Source of the DNA: an uncultured virus (IMG/VR IMGVR_UViG_3300049445_000078)
Taxonomy: Duplodnaviria > Heunggongvirae > Uroviricota > Caudoviricetes
Virus record (IMG/VR): IMGVR_UViG_3300049445_000078
Reading direction: 5' to 3' (one strand)
Length of the DNA: 64,000 nucleotides
The notes under the pieces: generated by a model
The model's input: only the letters and a program-made list of their open reading frames with translations
What the model was told of the DNA's origin: nothing
Database searches by the model: none
Shown: in pieces, positions 45,082 through 53,697 of the stretch
Layout of the letters: every line of letters begins with the position of its first letter
Numbering within the stretch: position 1 is the first letter of the stretch
Position numbers and translations under genes: made by a program

Positions 45082-45094
45082 AAAATATTTGTTC

Positions 45095-45109
45095 GTTCCC
45101 CTTGCGTTC
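45095..45109 (+). promoter_or_regulatory. Candidate LexA box
   Basis: GTTC-cccttgc-GTTC running into TTCACT, as in the two minus-strand promoters. Confidence 0.6.
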
Positions 45110-45167
45110 ACTATCAATCAAGTCTGGAATATGCAATCAAGATGAACCGAACCCTTTGGAGGTCAAA

Positions 45168-45452
45168 ATGCGATCATATCAGGCAATCGTCACAAAGTTT
45201 CTATGCGTCACAAACTTCCGTGGATCGCGCGTGAAAGCATCAGCGGCAGCCGGAAGCATAACCCTTTCATGGGACCACACACTAAACATCGAAGAAAACC
45301 ATGCCAAAGCCGCCGAGGCTCTCGCCAACAAATTCGGCTGGTCAGGCCAATGGTACATCGGCGGATTGCCAAACGATAGAGGTTATTGTTTCGTTTGCAG
45401 CGATAACGACACACGCGCAGCCTTCATTACCGCAAAACAGAAGGCAGCCTAG
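45168..45452 (+). CDS. Early hypothetical protein
   Basis: MRSYQAIVTKF...GSRVKA...NHAKAAEALANK; GGAGG RBS. Confidence 0.65.
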   Translation: MRSYQAIVTKFLCVTNFRGSRVKASAAAGSITLSWDHTLNIEENHAKAAEALANKFGWSGQWYIGGLPNDRGYCFVCSDNDTRAAFITAKQKAA

Positions 45453-46062
45453 CCATGCGCGTCACCCTCGTAATCTTCACCGCTTGGACAGTGTTCGTCT
45501 ACATCATGTGGACGGCTGTTAATTATCAGGTGATGCAATGAAAATCTCGCGCCTAGAATTGATCCAAATACTCAGCCGCCGCTATTTCAGCTTGATGAGA
45601 CAGCGGCGCTTGAAAGCAGCAGCAATGATTCATGTGCGGTTAAAGGAATTGCTGCACAAGCAACTGAGGCATGAAAACCGATGCTAAGCCGCAAGGGACA
45701 ATTTGCGATGTACTGCCAAAACTGCAAGCAAGTTAAATGGCTTCCCTATCTCGAATGGGATGCGCGGCTATTCACTTGCGAAGAATGGATGTGCGATGAG
45801 TGTACTGGGAGGCCGCATATATTCACACTGGCGCAACATGAAAGGGAAAACCGTGAGTAAGGAATGGTTCATACAAGCGCATTCTTCGTTGATCGAGGAA
45901 TACCTCGAAAAGCATCCGCACGCCACAGAGGCGGAAGCCTACGATGCAACAGCGGATGCAGCTTACAACAGAATGCGGGAAAACATGGCCGATATGGCCG
46001 ACTATTTCCGCAAGGTTAAGAAAGGCGAATAGCTAAACAATCGAACCCTTATGAGGTCTGAA

Positions 46063-46236
46063 ATGATGATATGCAGAAAGCAATGGGAACGCGATGCTAA
46101 GCGAATCGGATATGAGTATATCCTCGATTTGCTCACACTTGAGGAAGCGATCAAAGAGCTACAGAAATTCGGTTTTTCTAACTATGATGCCGGAGAATAC
46201 CTAGATAGTTGCCGCCCCGGTGATAGCTATGTTTGA
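46063..46236 (+). CDS. Early small protein
   Basis: GAGG RBS within the conserved start motif. Confidence 0.5.
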   Translation: MMICRKQWERDAKRIGYEYILDLLTLEEAIKELQKFGFSNYDAGEYLDSCRPGDSYV

Positions 46237-46382
46237 TAGGGCAATTCAGTTTGCGGAATCAGCAACTCGCTTTAGTGTCGCGGTTATCGTGGGCGCAATC
46301 GAAATAGTTGTGCTGTTAGCCTTTGCCTGCGCCTTACTCTTCTGGGCCGGGTACTTGTTCAACGTTTTAGTATAGGTGTACA

Positions 46383-46670
46383 ATGGAAATTCGCCTACAT
46401 ACCCCTGTCGATCCTTTGCAGCTTGATGAGAATATCGTCAATGCGGCGAGGGATGGCGGTTGCTTTGCCAAGCTGAAATGGGTGCGGGAAACGCAAGCAA
46501 GGTTTATCCTCACCAGCGGCCAAATGACCGATAACCAAGCCGCACCGGAGGTCCAGGACAAGACTATAAGGGCACTCCTCACAATCTACCCGGATGCCAC
46601 GATTAAGACCGCAAGAGCCGTATACGAGTCGTTAGTGGATTTTGAGACTCAGGTGGCCTCAAGGGCTTAG
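46383..46670 (+). CDS. Hypothetical protein
   Basis: 95 aa ORF with AGGTG upstream. Confidence 0.55.
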   Translation: MEIRLHTPVDPLQLDENIVNAARDGGCFAKLKWVRETQARFILTSGQMTDNQAAPEVQDKTIRALLTIYPDATIKTARAVYESLVDFETQVASRA

Positions 46671-46731
46671 GAACAGCAGAAAGGCCCTCTAAAGCCCAAT
46701 GCGGGCCTATTTGAACCCACTCGGAGGTCAC

Positions 46732-46941
46732 ATGATTAGGGTCATTAACGGTGTGCGGTACTCAGTTACCAGCCCCTCGCAATGGGAGCTTGATGGTCTC
46801 CCGGTTTACATAACGTTCTTAGGTGACCAATGGTCGCTATGCTGTCCTGGAAGTGACGGGGAGCCGTGCTTTTCGTACTTCCCTAAACTCTCGCAGGCTC
46901 AAGCCCTGATTGAACTAGCCTTTGCTCCGGTGGAATCATGA
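46732..46941 (+). CDS. Early small protein
   Basis: GGAGG RBS; ATGA coupling to the methyltransferase gene. Confidence 0.55.
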   Translation: MIRVINGVRYSVTSPSQWELDGLPVYITFLGDQWSLCCPGSDGEPCFSYFPKLSQAQALIELAFAPVES

Positions 46942-47456
46942 GCCAGCGCGATAGTGGGTATAAACGCATAGAGCGCGACCTTTACGAAACCCCTTCGTGG
47001 GTAACTGAGGCGTTGCTGCCGCACATACCGGAGCGCATTAAAAGCGTATGGGAGCCAGCTTGCGGTAGTGGCAAGATGGTAGCCGCACTAGAAAAGCGAT
47101 TTTCCGTCTGTGGTACAGATATTGAAAGCGGGCGAGACTTTCTAAAAGAGGAAGTAAACCACTGCGATGCTATTATCACTAACCCGCCTTATGTTTTAGC
47201 TACTGAATTTATTGAACACTCTATCAGAATGACGACAGGATTCGGATTGGTAGCAATGCTCCTGCGAACAGACTTTGACCATGCAAAAACACGCCAGCAC
47301 TTATTCTCACAATGCCCGCAGTTTGCCAAGAAATTGGTTTTAACAAAGCGGATAAAATGGTTTGAAGATTCGACCGGACAGCCATCATTCAATCACGCTT
47401 GGTACGAATGGGATTGGCGACACTCAGGACCACCAACCCTAGCATATGGGCCATAA
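46938..47456 (+). CDS. Phage DNA amino-methyltransferase (N6-adenine/N4-cytosine type)
   Basis: DLYETP, WEPACGSG and IITNPPY motifs. Confidence 0.85.
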   Translation: MSQRDSGYKRIERDLYETPSWVTEALLPHIPERIKSVWEPACGSGKMVAALEKRFSVCGTDIESGRDFLKEEVNHCDAIITNPPYVLATEFIEHSIRMTTGFGLVAMLLRTDFDHAKTRQHLFSQCPQFAKKLVLTKRIKWFEDSTGQPSFNHAWYEWDWRHSGPPTLAYGP

Positions 47457-47706
47457 TATGAAAGCACAAACAAAAACTAAATGGGCCTACCTAATGCTAA
47501 TCGAGGCCGGTCATCTCGACCGCTGCATTGCAAGCAATCACTACGGCGATTGTGGCCTCACTCACATGAATAAATGGGCGTGGGTTGTTGGCAATTTAAT
47601 CAATGAGCTTGGCTGCAATCCTGATAACGTTCATTGTGTGGAAACCGATGAAGGCGATAAAATCACAATTGACGGCAAGCTTACAGCGTATTTAATTGAA
47701 GAATGA
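47446..47706 (+). CDS. Hypothetical protein
   Basis: Packed between the MTase and the DUF968-like gene. Confidence 0.55.
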   Translation: MGHNMKAQTKTKWAYLMLIEAGHLDRCIASNHYGDCGLTHMNKWAWVVGNLINELGCNPDNVHCVETDEGDKITIDGKLTAYLIEE

Positions 47707-48023
47707 TGCGGCGCAGGGACGAAAAGCATCTCGATTTCATTCGTTCGTTGCCTTGTGTAATTTGCCGTAACAATATTGAAACTGAAGCGTGCCACATCCG
47801 TTTCTCGGATGCTCGAATAGGCAAGTTAAATCCTGGAGTCGGTGCCCGCCCCCACGATTTCTTTACCGTTCCTCTATGCGGCAAGCATCATCGGGAGCAA
47901 CATCAAGGCTCCGAACCTAAGTTCTGGCAATCTCACAACATCGATCCGATCCTATTAGCCTTGATGCTCTATGCGATCTCAGGAGATTCCGAAGAGGCGG
48001 AAAGGATTATATATGCGCTCTAG
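47703..48023 (+). CDS. DUF968/HNH-like nuclease
   Basis: HLDFIRSLPCVIC...ACHIR...VPLCGKHHREQH. Confidence 0.75.
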   Translation: MMRRRDEKHLDFIRSLPCVICRNNIETEACHIRFSDARIGKLNPGVGARPHDFFTVPLCGKHHREQHQGSEPKFWQSHNIDPILLALMLYAISGDSEEAERIIYAL

Positions 48024-48027
48024 TGGC

Positions 48028-48309
48028 CTATTCTGATAGATTAGAGTTAGTCGCCTTGGCGATGGCGAGGCGGCGCTTTACGCGAGCGTCGTCAAATGCC
48101 GGAAAACATTTGCTACAAGCCTCCGGCTCGCCTTCATCCTCGCACTCGTCGCAGAACTGGCGATTGTGTTCCGCCCTTTCGAGTAGCTGGCAGGCGTCCA
48201 GCAATTCGCTCATTACCGATACAGCCTCCTCGCAAATATTTTGATCGGTATATAAGCCCTCGGCTTCCCGCCGAAGGCCCAAGGCGTGCAGTCTTTCGAC
48301 AAGAGTCAT
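48028..48309 (-). CDS. Hypothetical Cys-containing protein
   Basis: CDEC...CSKC; ATGA coupled to the upstream gene. Confidence 0.55.
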   Translation of the reverse strand: MTLVERLHALGLRREAEGLYTDQNICEEAVSVMSELLDACQLLERAEHNRQFCDECEDEGEPEACSKCFPAFDDARVKRRLAIAKATNSNLSE

Positions 48310-48509
48310 CGGCCAAGCATCCCATTCTCAGCCCGATACCGATAGCAAGCGTCAGCGGCAGCCCGCCAAGCGGTCTCATTCTTTCCCTCTTGTCCGTAGA
48401 TCGTAGAGGCATCAACTTCTGACCCGCGCATTTTCCGGTTCCAAGCCTTCCGCTCGATCTCTAGGAGGTTTTGCAGTTCCTTGCTCATGTCCACCTGCGC
48501 CTGTGTCAT
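48306..48509 (-). CDS. Hypothetical protein
   Basis: GGAG RBS; candidate promoter upstream. Confidence 0.55.
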   Translation of the reverse strand: MTQAQVDMSKELQNLLEIERKAWNRKMRGSEVDASTIYGQEGKNETAWRAAADACYRYRAENGMLGR

Positions 48510-48538
48510 TTGCGTTCTCCGTTTCTATGACTATAAGA

Positions 48539-48555
48539 TACGCCAATTTGGCGTA
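48539..48555. promoter_or_regulatory. Palindromic operator within a minus-strand promoter
   Basis: TACGCCAA-T-TTGGCGTA perfect palindrome just downstream of TTGACT; an HTH gene is adjacent. Confidence 0.55.
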
Positions 48556-48565
48556 TAGTCAATAG

Positions 48566-48775
48566 CTAACCGCGCAACTTTATTGCTTTCTTTTGGAGCC
48601 TATCGAGGGCCTTCCGATCCTTGCCAACGGCCAGCAAAACCATAGAAACGGCCAAGGGCGGCCCTTCCGAGGCCCAACGCTGGCCGCTGCGGGCGCTGGT
48701 GCCGAATAGCTCTCCTGCGGCCTCCTGAGTGAGGTCTAGGGCGGCTAGGCGCTGGCGGTAGGCTTCGGGCGTCAC
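48566..48775 (-). CDS. XRE-like HTH protein
   Basis: LDLTQEAAGELFGTSARSGQRW. Confidence 0.75.
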   Translation of the reverse strand: MTPEAYRQRLAALDLTQEAAGELFGTSARSGQRWASEGPPLAVSMVLLAVGKDRKALDRLQKKAIKLRG

Positions 48776-48784
48776 AGCGGCCTC

Positions 48785-48988
48785 TTAATCCAAGTTGATA
48801 AGCTTAAATTCAGTCTTTTCGTCTGATGTTAAAATGTATTTTGGCATGTGGTGATTTTCGATCTCGCAGAGAGCCTTAAAGTATGGATCAACTCGCCTGT
48901 GAAATTCCTGTTTTTCTGCCTCGATAAGTTTTAGCAGCTCCAACCGCGCCGCTTCCTGCTCCGGTGTGTAGTTGTCGATGCGGTGCAT
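48785..48988 (-). CDS. Hypothetical protein
   Basis: 67 aa ORF in a minus-strand run. Confidence 0.5.
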   Translation of the reverse strand: MHRIDNYTPEQEAARLELLKLIEAEKQEFHRRVDPYFKALCEIENHHMPKYILTSDEKTEFKLINLD

Positions 48989-49162
48989 GTTAGTGGGCTA
49001 TTTCTCGTGCGGCTCGGTTAAGTTTTGCGAAAGCGGAAATTGAGCATTGAGCGCCGCCAGAATTTGCTTCGCAATCTCCGGGTTCTCGGCTGTGCAGACG
49101 TGGCCTTCTTGGTCACCAATATCGCAATCGCGGTAAAGTTCAAACGGCGGTTTCATGGCGGC

Positions 49163-49375
49163 CTACTCTGACAATTTGGCCTTGAGCAATTCCACGTCGC
49201 GCTCAAGGACATTTATAGCGCCAAGGGCGCGGGTGAAAACATCGTTAGCAAATGTGGCCTTGGGGTACGGCACCAGCAAATCTTTCTTTAGCTGCGGAAG
49301 GTCGGCGCGGATGTTAAGAATGACCGTCTCGCTTACGGCCCTGTCCTTCCATGATTTTGAGCGTGCGAGCGGCAT
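49163..49375 (-). CDS. Hypothetical protein
   Basis: 70 aa ORF in a minus-strand run. Confidence 0.5.
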   Translation of the reverse strand: MPLARSKSWKDRAVSETVILNIRADLPQLKKDLLVPYPKATFANDVFTRALGAINVLERDVELLKAKLSE

Positions 49376-49392
49376 CGGGCTCTATATCCAGA

Positions 49393-49716
49393 TTACGAAT
49401 TGGCGATTTCGAGTAGCACGTCAGCATGGCATTGCTGATCCGGTCGGCACCAGCAAGCCAAGTCCTTGCCGCGCAATTCAGGTAGCAAGTTTTTGATGAC
49501 AGATCGTAGCTCCGGTTGATGGTCGGCAAAGTCCGGGGCCCCACGCAGCCATTCTCGAAATGCCCAAACCACCATCTTGTTCCCGTCTTTGTATCCTGCG
49601 GCCTCGGCATCTTTCACCTTGAAGGGATTGCCAAACATAGTCGGGCGACCGACATAGACGGCGCCATCCGGCATCTTCCAGCCCTTCGTGCGCTTGCGTT
49701 GGATACGTTTCGGCAT
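49393..49716 (-). CDS. DUF4326 protein
   Basis: VYVGRPTMFGNPF...LRGKDLACWC...CHADVLLEIAN; likely start 49716. Confidence 0.85.
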   Translation of the reverse strand: MPKRIQRKRTKGWKMPDGAVYVGRPTMFGNPFKVKDAEAAGYKDGNKMVVWAFREWLRGAPDFADHQPELRSVIKNLLPELRGKDLACWCRPDQQCHADVLLEIANS

Positions 49717-49738
49717 CGGGGGTAATCCTACAATCAGC

Positions 49739-49906
49739 GCCGGGGAATTGTGGACCCCCGGCTTATCCAGTCCGATCACAGCTCTGTCGGAACCGCAGCC
49801 TATCCCTCTCGCGAGGGGTTCAGATTGCTCCGGGGAGCTACCGGCCCATAAGGCAGATGGTAGCCGTTTAGTTTTCCCGTAGGGCATAAGTTGGAGCTTC
49901 ACAACT
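49739..49906 (-). ncRNA. Candidate multi-hairpin structured RNA
   Basis: About seven consecutive hairpins, with GNRA (GCGA) and UNCG (UACG) loops on the minus strand. Confidence 0.5.
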
Positions 49907-49924
49907 TTGTTTCCTATCCCCGGA

Positions 49925-50143
49925 TTAGAACTCTGTCGGGCTGAGTGGCGAATTATTTCGCAATTCGCGGATAATCGGATCAACGATTGAAGCCTCGCCA
50001 CCAGCGGCCAGCATGACGCCTGACGGGCTGGCCGGGTCGCGGTGATAAATGTAAGTGACCTCGGCGCGGCACCATGAACGGGTGCGGCTATGGCTATATC
50101 GCGGGTCGGTTACTGCGGCGCGTACTTGCTCGATGTTGGTCAT
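49925..50143 (-). CDS. Hypothetical protein
   Basis: MTNIEQVRAAVTDPRYS...; GAGG RBS. Confidence 0.5.
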   Translation of the reverse strand: MTNIEQVRAAVTDPRYSHSRTRSWCRAEVTYIYHRDPASPSGVMLAAGGEASIVDPIIRELRNNSPLSPTEF

Positions 50144-50484
50144 GTGCGGGCCTCTATATTGTTTCTGACAGCCTGTTTCTTTCGGCCTCAAGACGCTCTT
50201 GATATTTGCGCTCGCGTTCAATCGCATTCTGGCGATCTTGTTCGGAAGGAATTGGTGGGGGCGTCTTGCGGTTGCGGCCACGCCTCCGAAACGTGTTGCC
50301 CATTGTGTGTCGTCGGCGTTCGCGCATTTTGTGGCGGCCCCTGTTCTGACCCAATGCACTCTTGGCAGATGCAGGCTATGGAGTGCATTAGATCGGCGTC
50401 CTTTGACTTTAGTCATCAAACTCTCCCCATTCACATATACCATTGCTATTGACTTGTCCAGACCTGTTTCGCTATTATGCGGAT

Positions 50485-51051
50485 ATGAGCAAATATCGTG
50501 CTTACATCAATCCAACGCCCAGCCTTTCGGAAACATTGCAGCGGGCACAAATCAGTCCGCTAGGCACTATTGCCGAATGGTACGTTGAGAGTCGGACGGT
50601 GACGCGGGCAGATTTCATTAAGCATCTTCGCCCCGGCGATCTCGCGGTGGTCGCCTATACCGCTTGTCTAGCCGCTGACAGAGGCCGCAAGGATGACCGC
50701 CGCTGTGACCTGATGGATGCTCGGGGCGATATTCACGCTAAGGGCGCGGTGCTGCTTGAGGCCGCAACCGGCCATCGATCCGACAAGGATTGGGTTAAGA
50801 TGAAGGCCGACGCTCTACCCACGCTCGGGCGGATGGCCCAAGGATCGCGGTCGGCGCTTAATGGTCGCCAAGGCAAGCCGCCGTTGCCCTACACCAATGC
50901 AGAGCGCAAGACGATGATGCGGATAGCGGATAGCAGACGCTATAAGAACTGGAACCAACGGGCGGCAGCAATCAAAGCCGAAGGCATCAAGGTGCCGGGC
51001 CGCACATGGTTTTACAATCATATCGTATCCACATTAAGTGCGACGATCTAA
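50485..51051 (+). CDS. Serine recombinase/resolvase-like protein lacking the catalytic Ser motif
   Basis: HLRPGDLAVVA resolvase-like core; YINPTP replaces the usual YxRVS. Confidence 0.5.
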   Translation: MSKYRAYINPTPSLSETLQRAQISPLGTIAEWYVESRTVTRADFIKHLRPGDLAVVAYTACLAADRGRKDDRRCDLMDARGDIHAKGAVLLEAATGHRSDKDWVKMKADALPTLGRMAQGSRSALNGRQGKPPLPYTNAERKTMMRIADSRRYKNWNQRAAAIKAEGIKVPGRTWFYNHIVSTLSATI

Positions 51052-51596
51052 AGGAGTTCCTATGGGCGACGGTACATCAGAAAGCACAGTCGAAAAGATT
51101 GTCAGACTCCGCAATGAACTAGCCCGCGCTAAGGCCGACAATCAGGCAATCATAGAAGTAAACAATGGCTTGCGTGACGCCATGCTAAAGATGAAAGATA
51201 TTATAAACGCTACTGTCAAATAAGGAGTTTATCGTGACGCCAAGTGAGGCCGCCCGCGAAAAGCATCGCTCAAAAATGGCTCAAATCCGGGAGACCATCG
51301 CGGCGATTTGGATGAACAGTCCGAAAGAAGAAGCCATCCTCGACCAGTGTATGGCTGAGATTGACCGTATACTGTCTCGTTAAATAGGAGCGATCCGTGC
51401 CGGAAGCCGAACTTGATGTTGAGAAAGACGCTTCGGCAGATTGTGAAATCTGTAAGGGCCGTGGTTGGCATTGGGGATGGGACGGGCTTGGTGAAGCAGT
51501 GATGTTGCGCTGTCCCTGTGTCGATCTAAATCGAATTAATGCGGCGCGAGATACGCCGTCATCTGCGGCAGATGCTTATCAATAAAGGAGCGATTC

Positions 51597-51782
51597 GTGC
51601 CGTTTGAATATGTGCCCGTCAGAGACGCCGTTGGAATGTTATACCAAGAGGCGGCGGTTCGTATGGTGGAACTGCTGCATGCAGGCAAAAAGCATGATGC
51701 TGAAATCTTCGACCAGGCGGCACACGCGATCAAGAAGGCTTGGCCGGAGTTGGTCAAACAATCATTAGAGAAAGTCCCATAG
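51597..51782 (+). CDS. Hypothetical protein
   Basis: AAGGAG RBS, GTG start. Confidence 0.55.
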   Translation: MPFEYVPVRDAVGMLYQEAAVRMVELLHAGKKHDAEIFDQAAHAIKKAWPELVKQSLEKVP

Positions 51783-51797
51783 AGAAATAGGGCGGTC

Positions 51798-51980
51798 GTG
51801 AAGTATAGGCACCATAAGCGCGGCGGTGAGTACGAAGTGATCGGAATGGCGCAGGTTCAAGCCGAGGAGCCGCTGACAGACTATGAAGTCGTCACGGTGT
51901 ACCGTGGCGTGGATGGTCAACTTTGGATTCGGCGCAAGTCTGAGTTTGAAGATGGCCGATTTATTCAGTTGAAGGAATAG
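51798..51980 (+). CDS. DUF1653-like protein
   Basis: YRHHKRGGEYEVIG...VYR...LWIR...EF...RF. Confidence 0.75.
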   Translation: MKYRHHKRGGEYEVIGMAQVQAEEPLTDYEVVTVYRGVDGQLWIRRKSEFEDGRFIQLKE

Positions 51981-51994
51981 GAGAGACATCACCG

Positions 51995-52151
51995 CCCATG
52001 CTGAAAAGCTCTGAGGTGAATAGATGGCAAGAAAAACGCCCAATAGGGATATTGGGAGCATGGGTAGCCATCTGCCGCCGTGGCGGTCGTCGGGGGTGTG
52101 TGGAACGCCTCCGTGTAGCCCACGGGCAAAGATCGGACATTCCCGCCGATC
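51995..52151 (+). ncRNA. Candidate pseudoknotted structured RNA
   Basis: Crossing 8-bp and 7-bp helices, a GGGA tetraloop hairpin, and G-U-containing hairpins. Confidence 0.5.
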
Positions 52152-52180
52152 ATCCACGCTTATCAGAATAGGAGCCGACC

Positions 52181-52345
52181 ATGTGGCCCGATGGCTTTAT
52201 TGGCGATGATCCAACGTCAAAGCGCAATGCGCGGTGGCTGGCGCTGTTCTTGCTGCCGTTCGTTCTGATTGCCTTATGTGGCTGCACTACGCCACAGCCA
52301 TCCGGGCCTGACCTTTGGAAGATTCCCGGTATTGGATCGAAGTAG
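52181..52345 (+). CDS. Small lipoprotein (54 aa; not in track)
   Basis: AGGAG RBS; KRNARWLALFLLPFVLIALCG|C lipobox. Confidence 0.6.
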   Translation: MWPDGFIGDDPTSKRNARWLALFLLPFVLIALCGCTTPQPSGPDLWKIPGIGSK

Positions 52346-52756
52346 TTATAGCCCTGCCATCCGGCCTGCCCATCGAAAGGCTATAGCGCCCCTTACGCTG
52401 CGTTCCCGCTCCCTGACGGCGTGGTTATCATTCCCGCTACGAATGACCCATCCATTTGTAGCCCTAGCTGTTATGAGCCCAACGTGGTGATACCAGACCA
52501 CAATAGCGCCTACTGCCGGTCCACCAGCAGAACTGCCAAAATGCGCCCAGTTACGGGCTAAATTATAGGACCTGTCAGCCACGCCTAATTCATGGCGGAG
52601 CCACCAGCCACACCATGCGTGAGGTCTAGGGTCAGAAACAGCGCCTAGGGCATCCTGAGAGGCAATGCGGGCCATTCTATAGTGGTGGTGATGGTGTCTG
52701 GCTTGGGCGGCAGTGGCTATCGTTAAAGCGGCTATCAAGGCGATGAGACGAATCAT
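52346..52756 (-). CDS. Secreted CHAP/NlpC-like cysteine peptidase (candidate cell-wall hydrolase)
   Basis: Signal peptide ending AQA; WCG...HVG...SGN catalytic pattern. Confidence 0.7.
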   Translation of the reverse strand: MIRLIALIAALTIATAAQARHHHHHYRMARIASQDALGAVSDPRPHAWCGWWLRHELGVADRSYNLARNWAHFGSSAGGPAVGAIVVWYHHVGLITARATNGWVIRSGNDNHAVRERERSVRGAIAFRWAGRMAGL

Positions 52757-52804
52757 CTGGGTTCCTTTTTCAGTCGTTTTGGGTTAAACGTAGACAACTA
52801 CCTC

Positions 52805-53050
52805 CTAAGACTCTGTTATTAAAGTGGAATTCGATGGGTGACAGGATTTAGGTGATTTGTCAAGTTCCATAGCCACGAAGGAGTCGAGAATTGGCCGCAG
52901 GAGGGATGCCTTACTTTTATTTTGCCGCTTGGCGATAAGGGTAATGGCATCGTAGGTTTTGCTGCTGACTTCGATTAGAATTCCCTTGGATGCTCCATTA
53001 CAGACGCCACTGGCTCTAAATCTGTCTTGTGCCACCTTTCGCCGTCCCAT
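52805..53050 (-). CDS. Ribbon-helix-helix-like DNA-binding protein
   Basis: ILIEVSSKTYDAITLIAKRQNKSKASLLRPIL. Confidence 0.55.
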   Translation of the reverse strand: MGRRKVAQDRFRASGVCNGASKGILIEVSSKTYDAITLIAKRQNKSKASLLRPILDSFVAMELDKSPKSCHPSNSTLITES

Positions 53051-53352
53051 GAATATCCCCTCTTGGCCATATCCGAATCCATCTTAGCAATCCGCTCTTT
53101 GCTTCCTGGGTCTGGTTCGTAATCCAGATACCGCTTTTGATTCAGCCATGTTCTGGCGTGGCAGACGAATTCTGTGCCCAAATGATTCTCGGCCATGACT
53201 TCCGCACGATAGGCATGGGCGGCATTGACGATGACTTCGGGATTGGTCCCTGACTTTATGGCCGCATCCCACTTGGTTCTCGCAGCAGCTTTGGGGTTTG
53301 AACCTTTGCGCTTTGGGTAGACGAGCCAGAAGTCAAAGAAGGTCAGAGCCAT
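52975..53352 (-). CDS. Phage replication-initiator C-terminal-like protein
   Basis: FFDFWLVYPKRKG...KAAARTKW...HARTWLNQKRY. Confidence 0.65.
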   Translation of the reverse strand: MALTFFDFWLVYPKRKGSNPKAAARTKWDAAIKSGTNPEVIVNAAHAYRAEVMAENHLGTEFVCHARTWLNQKRYLDYEPDPGSKERIAKMDSDMAKRGYSWDGERWHKTDLEPVASVMEHPREF

Positions 53353-53684
53353 GTTAACTTCCCCTTCATCGGATATTTATCGAGTGGCAAAACCTGGCAC
53401 TGCACATATTTTCCATCAATCCATTCCCGATTGTACCAATGGCCGATTCGAGTACAAACGTGACCATGTTCCGTTACCCGGCTTTCATAGATAACCAACT
53501 TGTCCGCTGTTTTATATTCTTCCCAACGATAGTTGATGAAGCGATCACCACCAGCCTTCAGCCACGGAGTAGCAGACAACATTTTGAGGGGAGGCAGAAC
53601 GGTCTTTGCCTTTGGCTTTTGTATGCCAAACAAACTCACAAACGGTAGACTAGCCAAGATTGTAAACAGGTTACGTCGATTCAT
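53343..53684 (-). CDS. Protein with Tat-like signal
   Basis: MNRRNLFTILASLP; AGGAG RBS before the ATG at 53684. Confidence 0.6.
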   Translation of the reverse strand: MNRRNLFTILASLPFVSLFGIQKPKAKTVLPPLKMLSATPWLKAGGDRFINYRWEEYKTADKLVIYESRVTEHGHVCTRIGHWYNREWIDGKYVQCQVLPLDKYPMKGKLTWL

Positions 53685-53697
53685 TAGGATTCTCCTT

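Noticed and set aside
49717..50001. Long N-terminal extension of the DUF4326 ORF
   Set aside because: It runs through a hairpin-dense region; the domain begins at MPKRIQRKR (49716).
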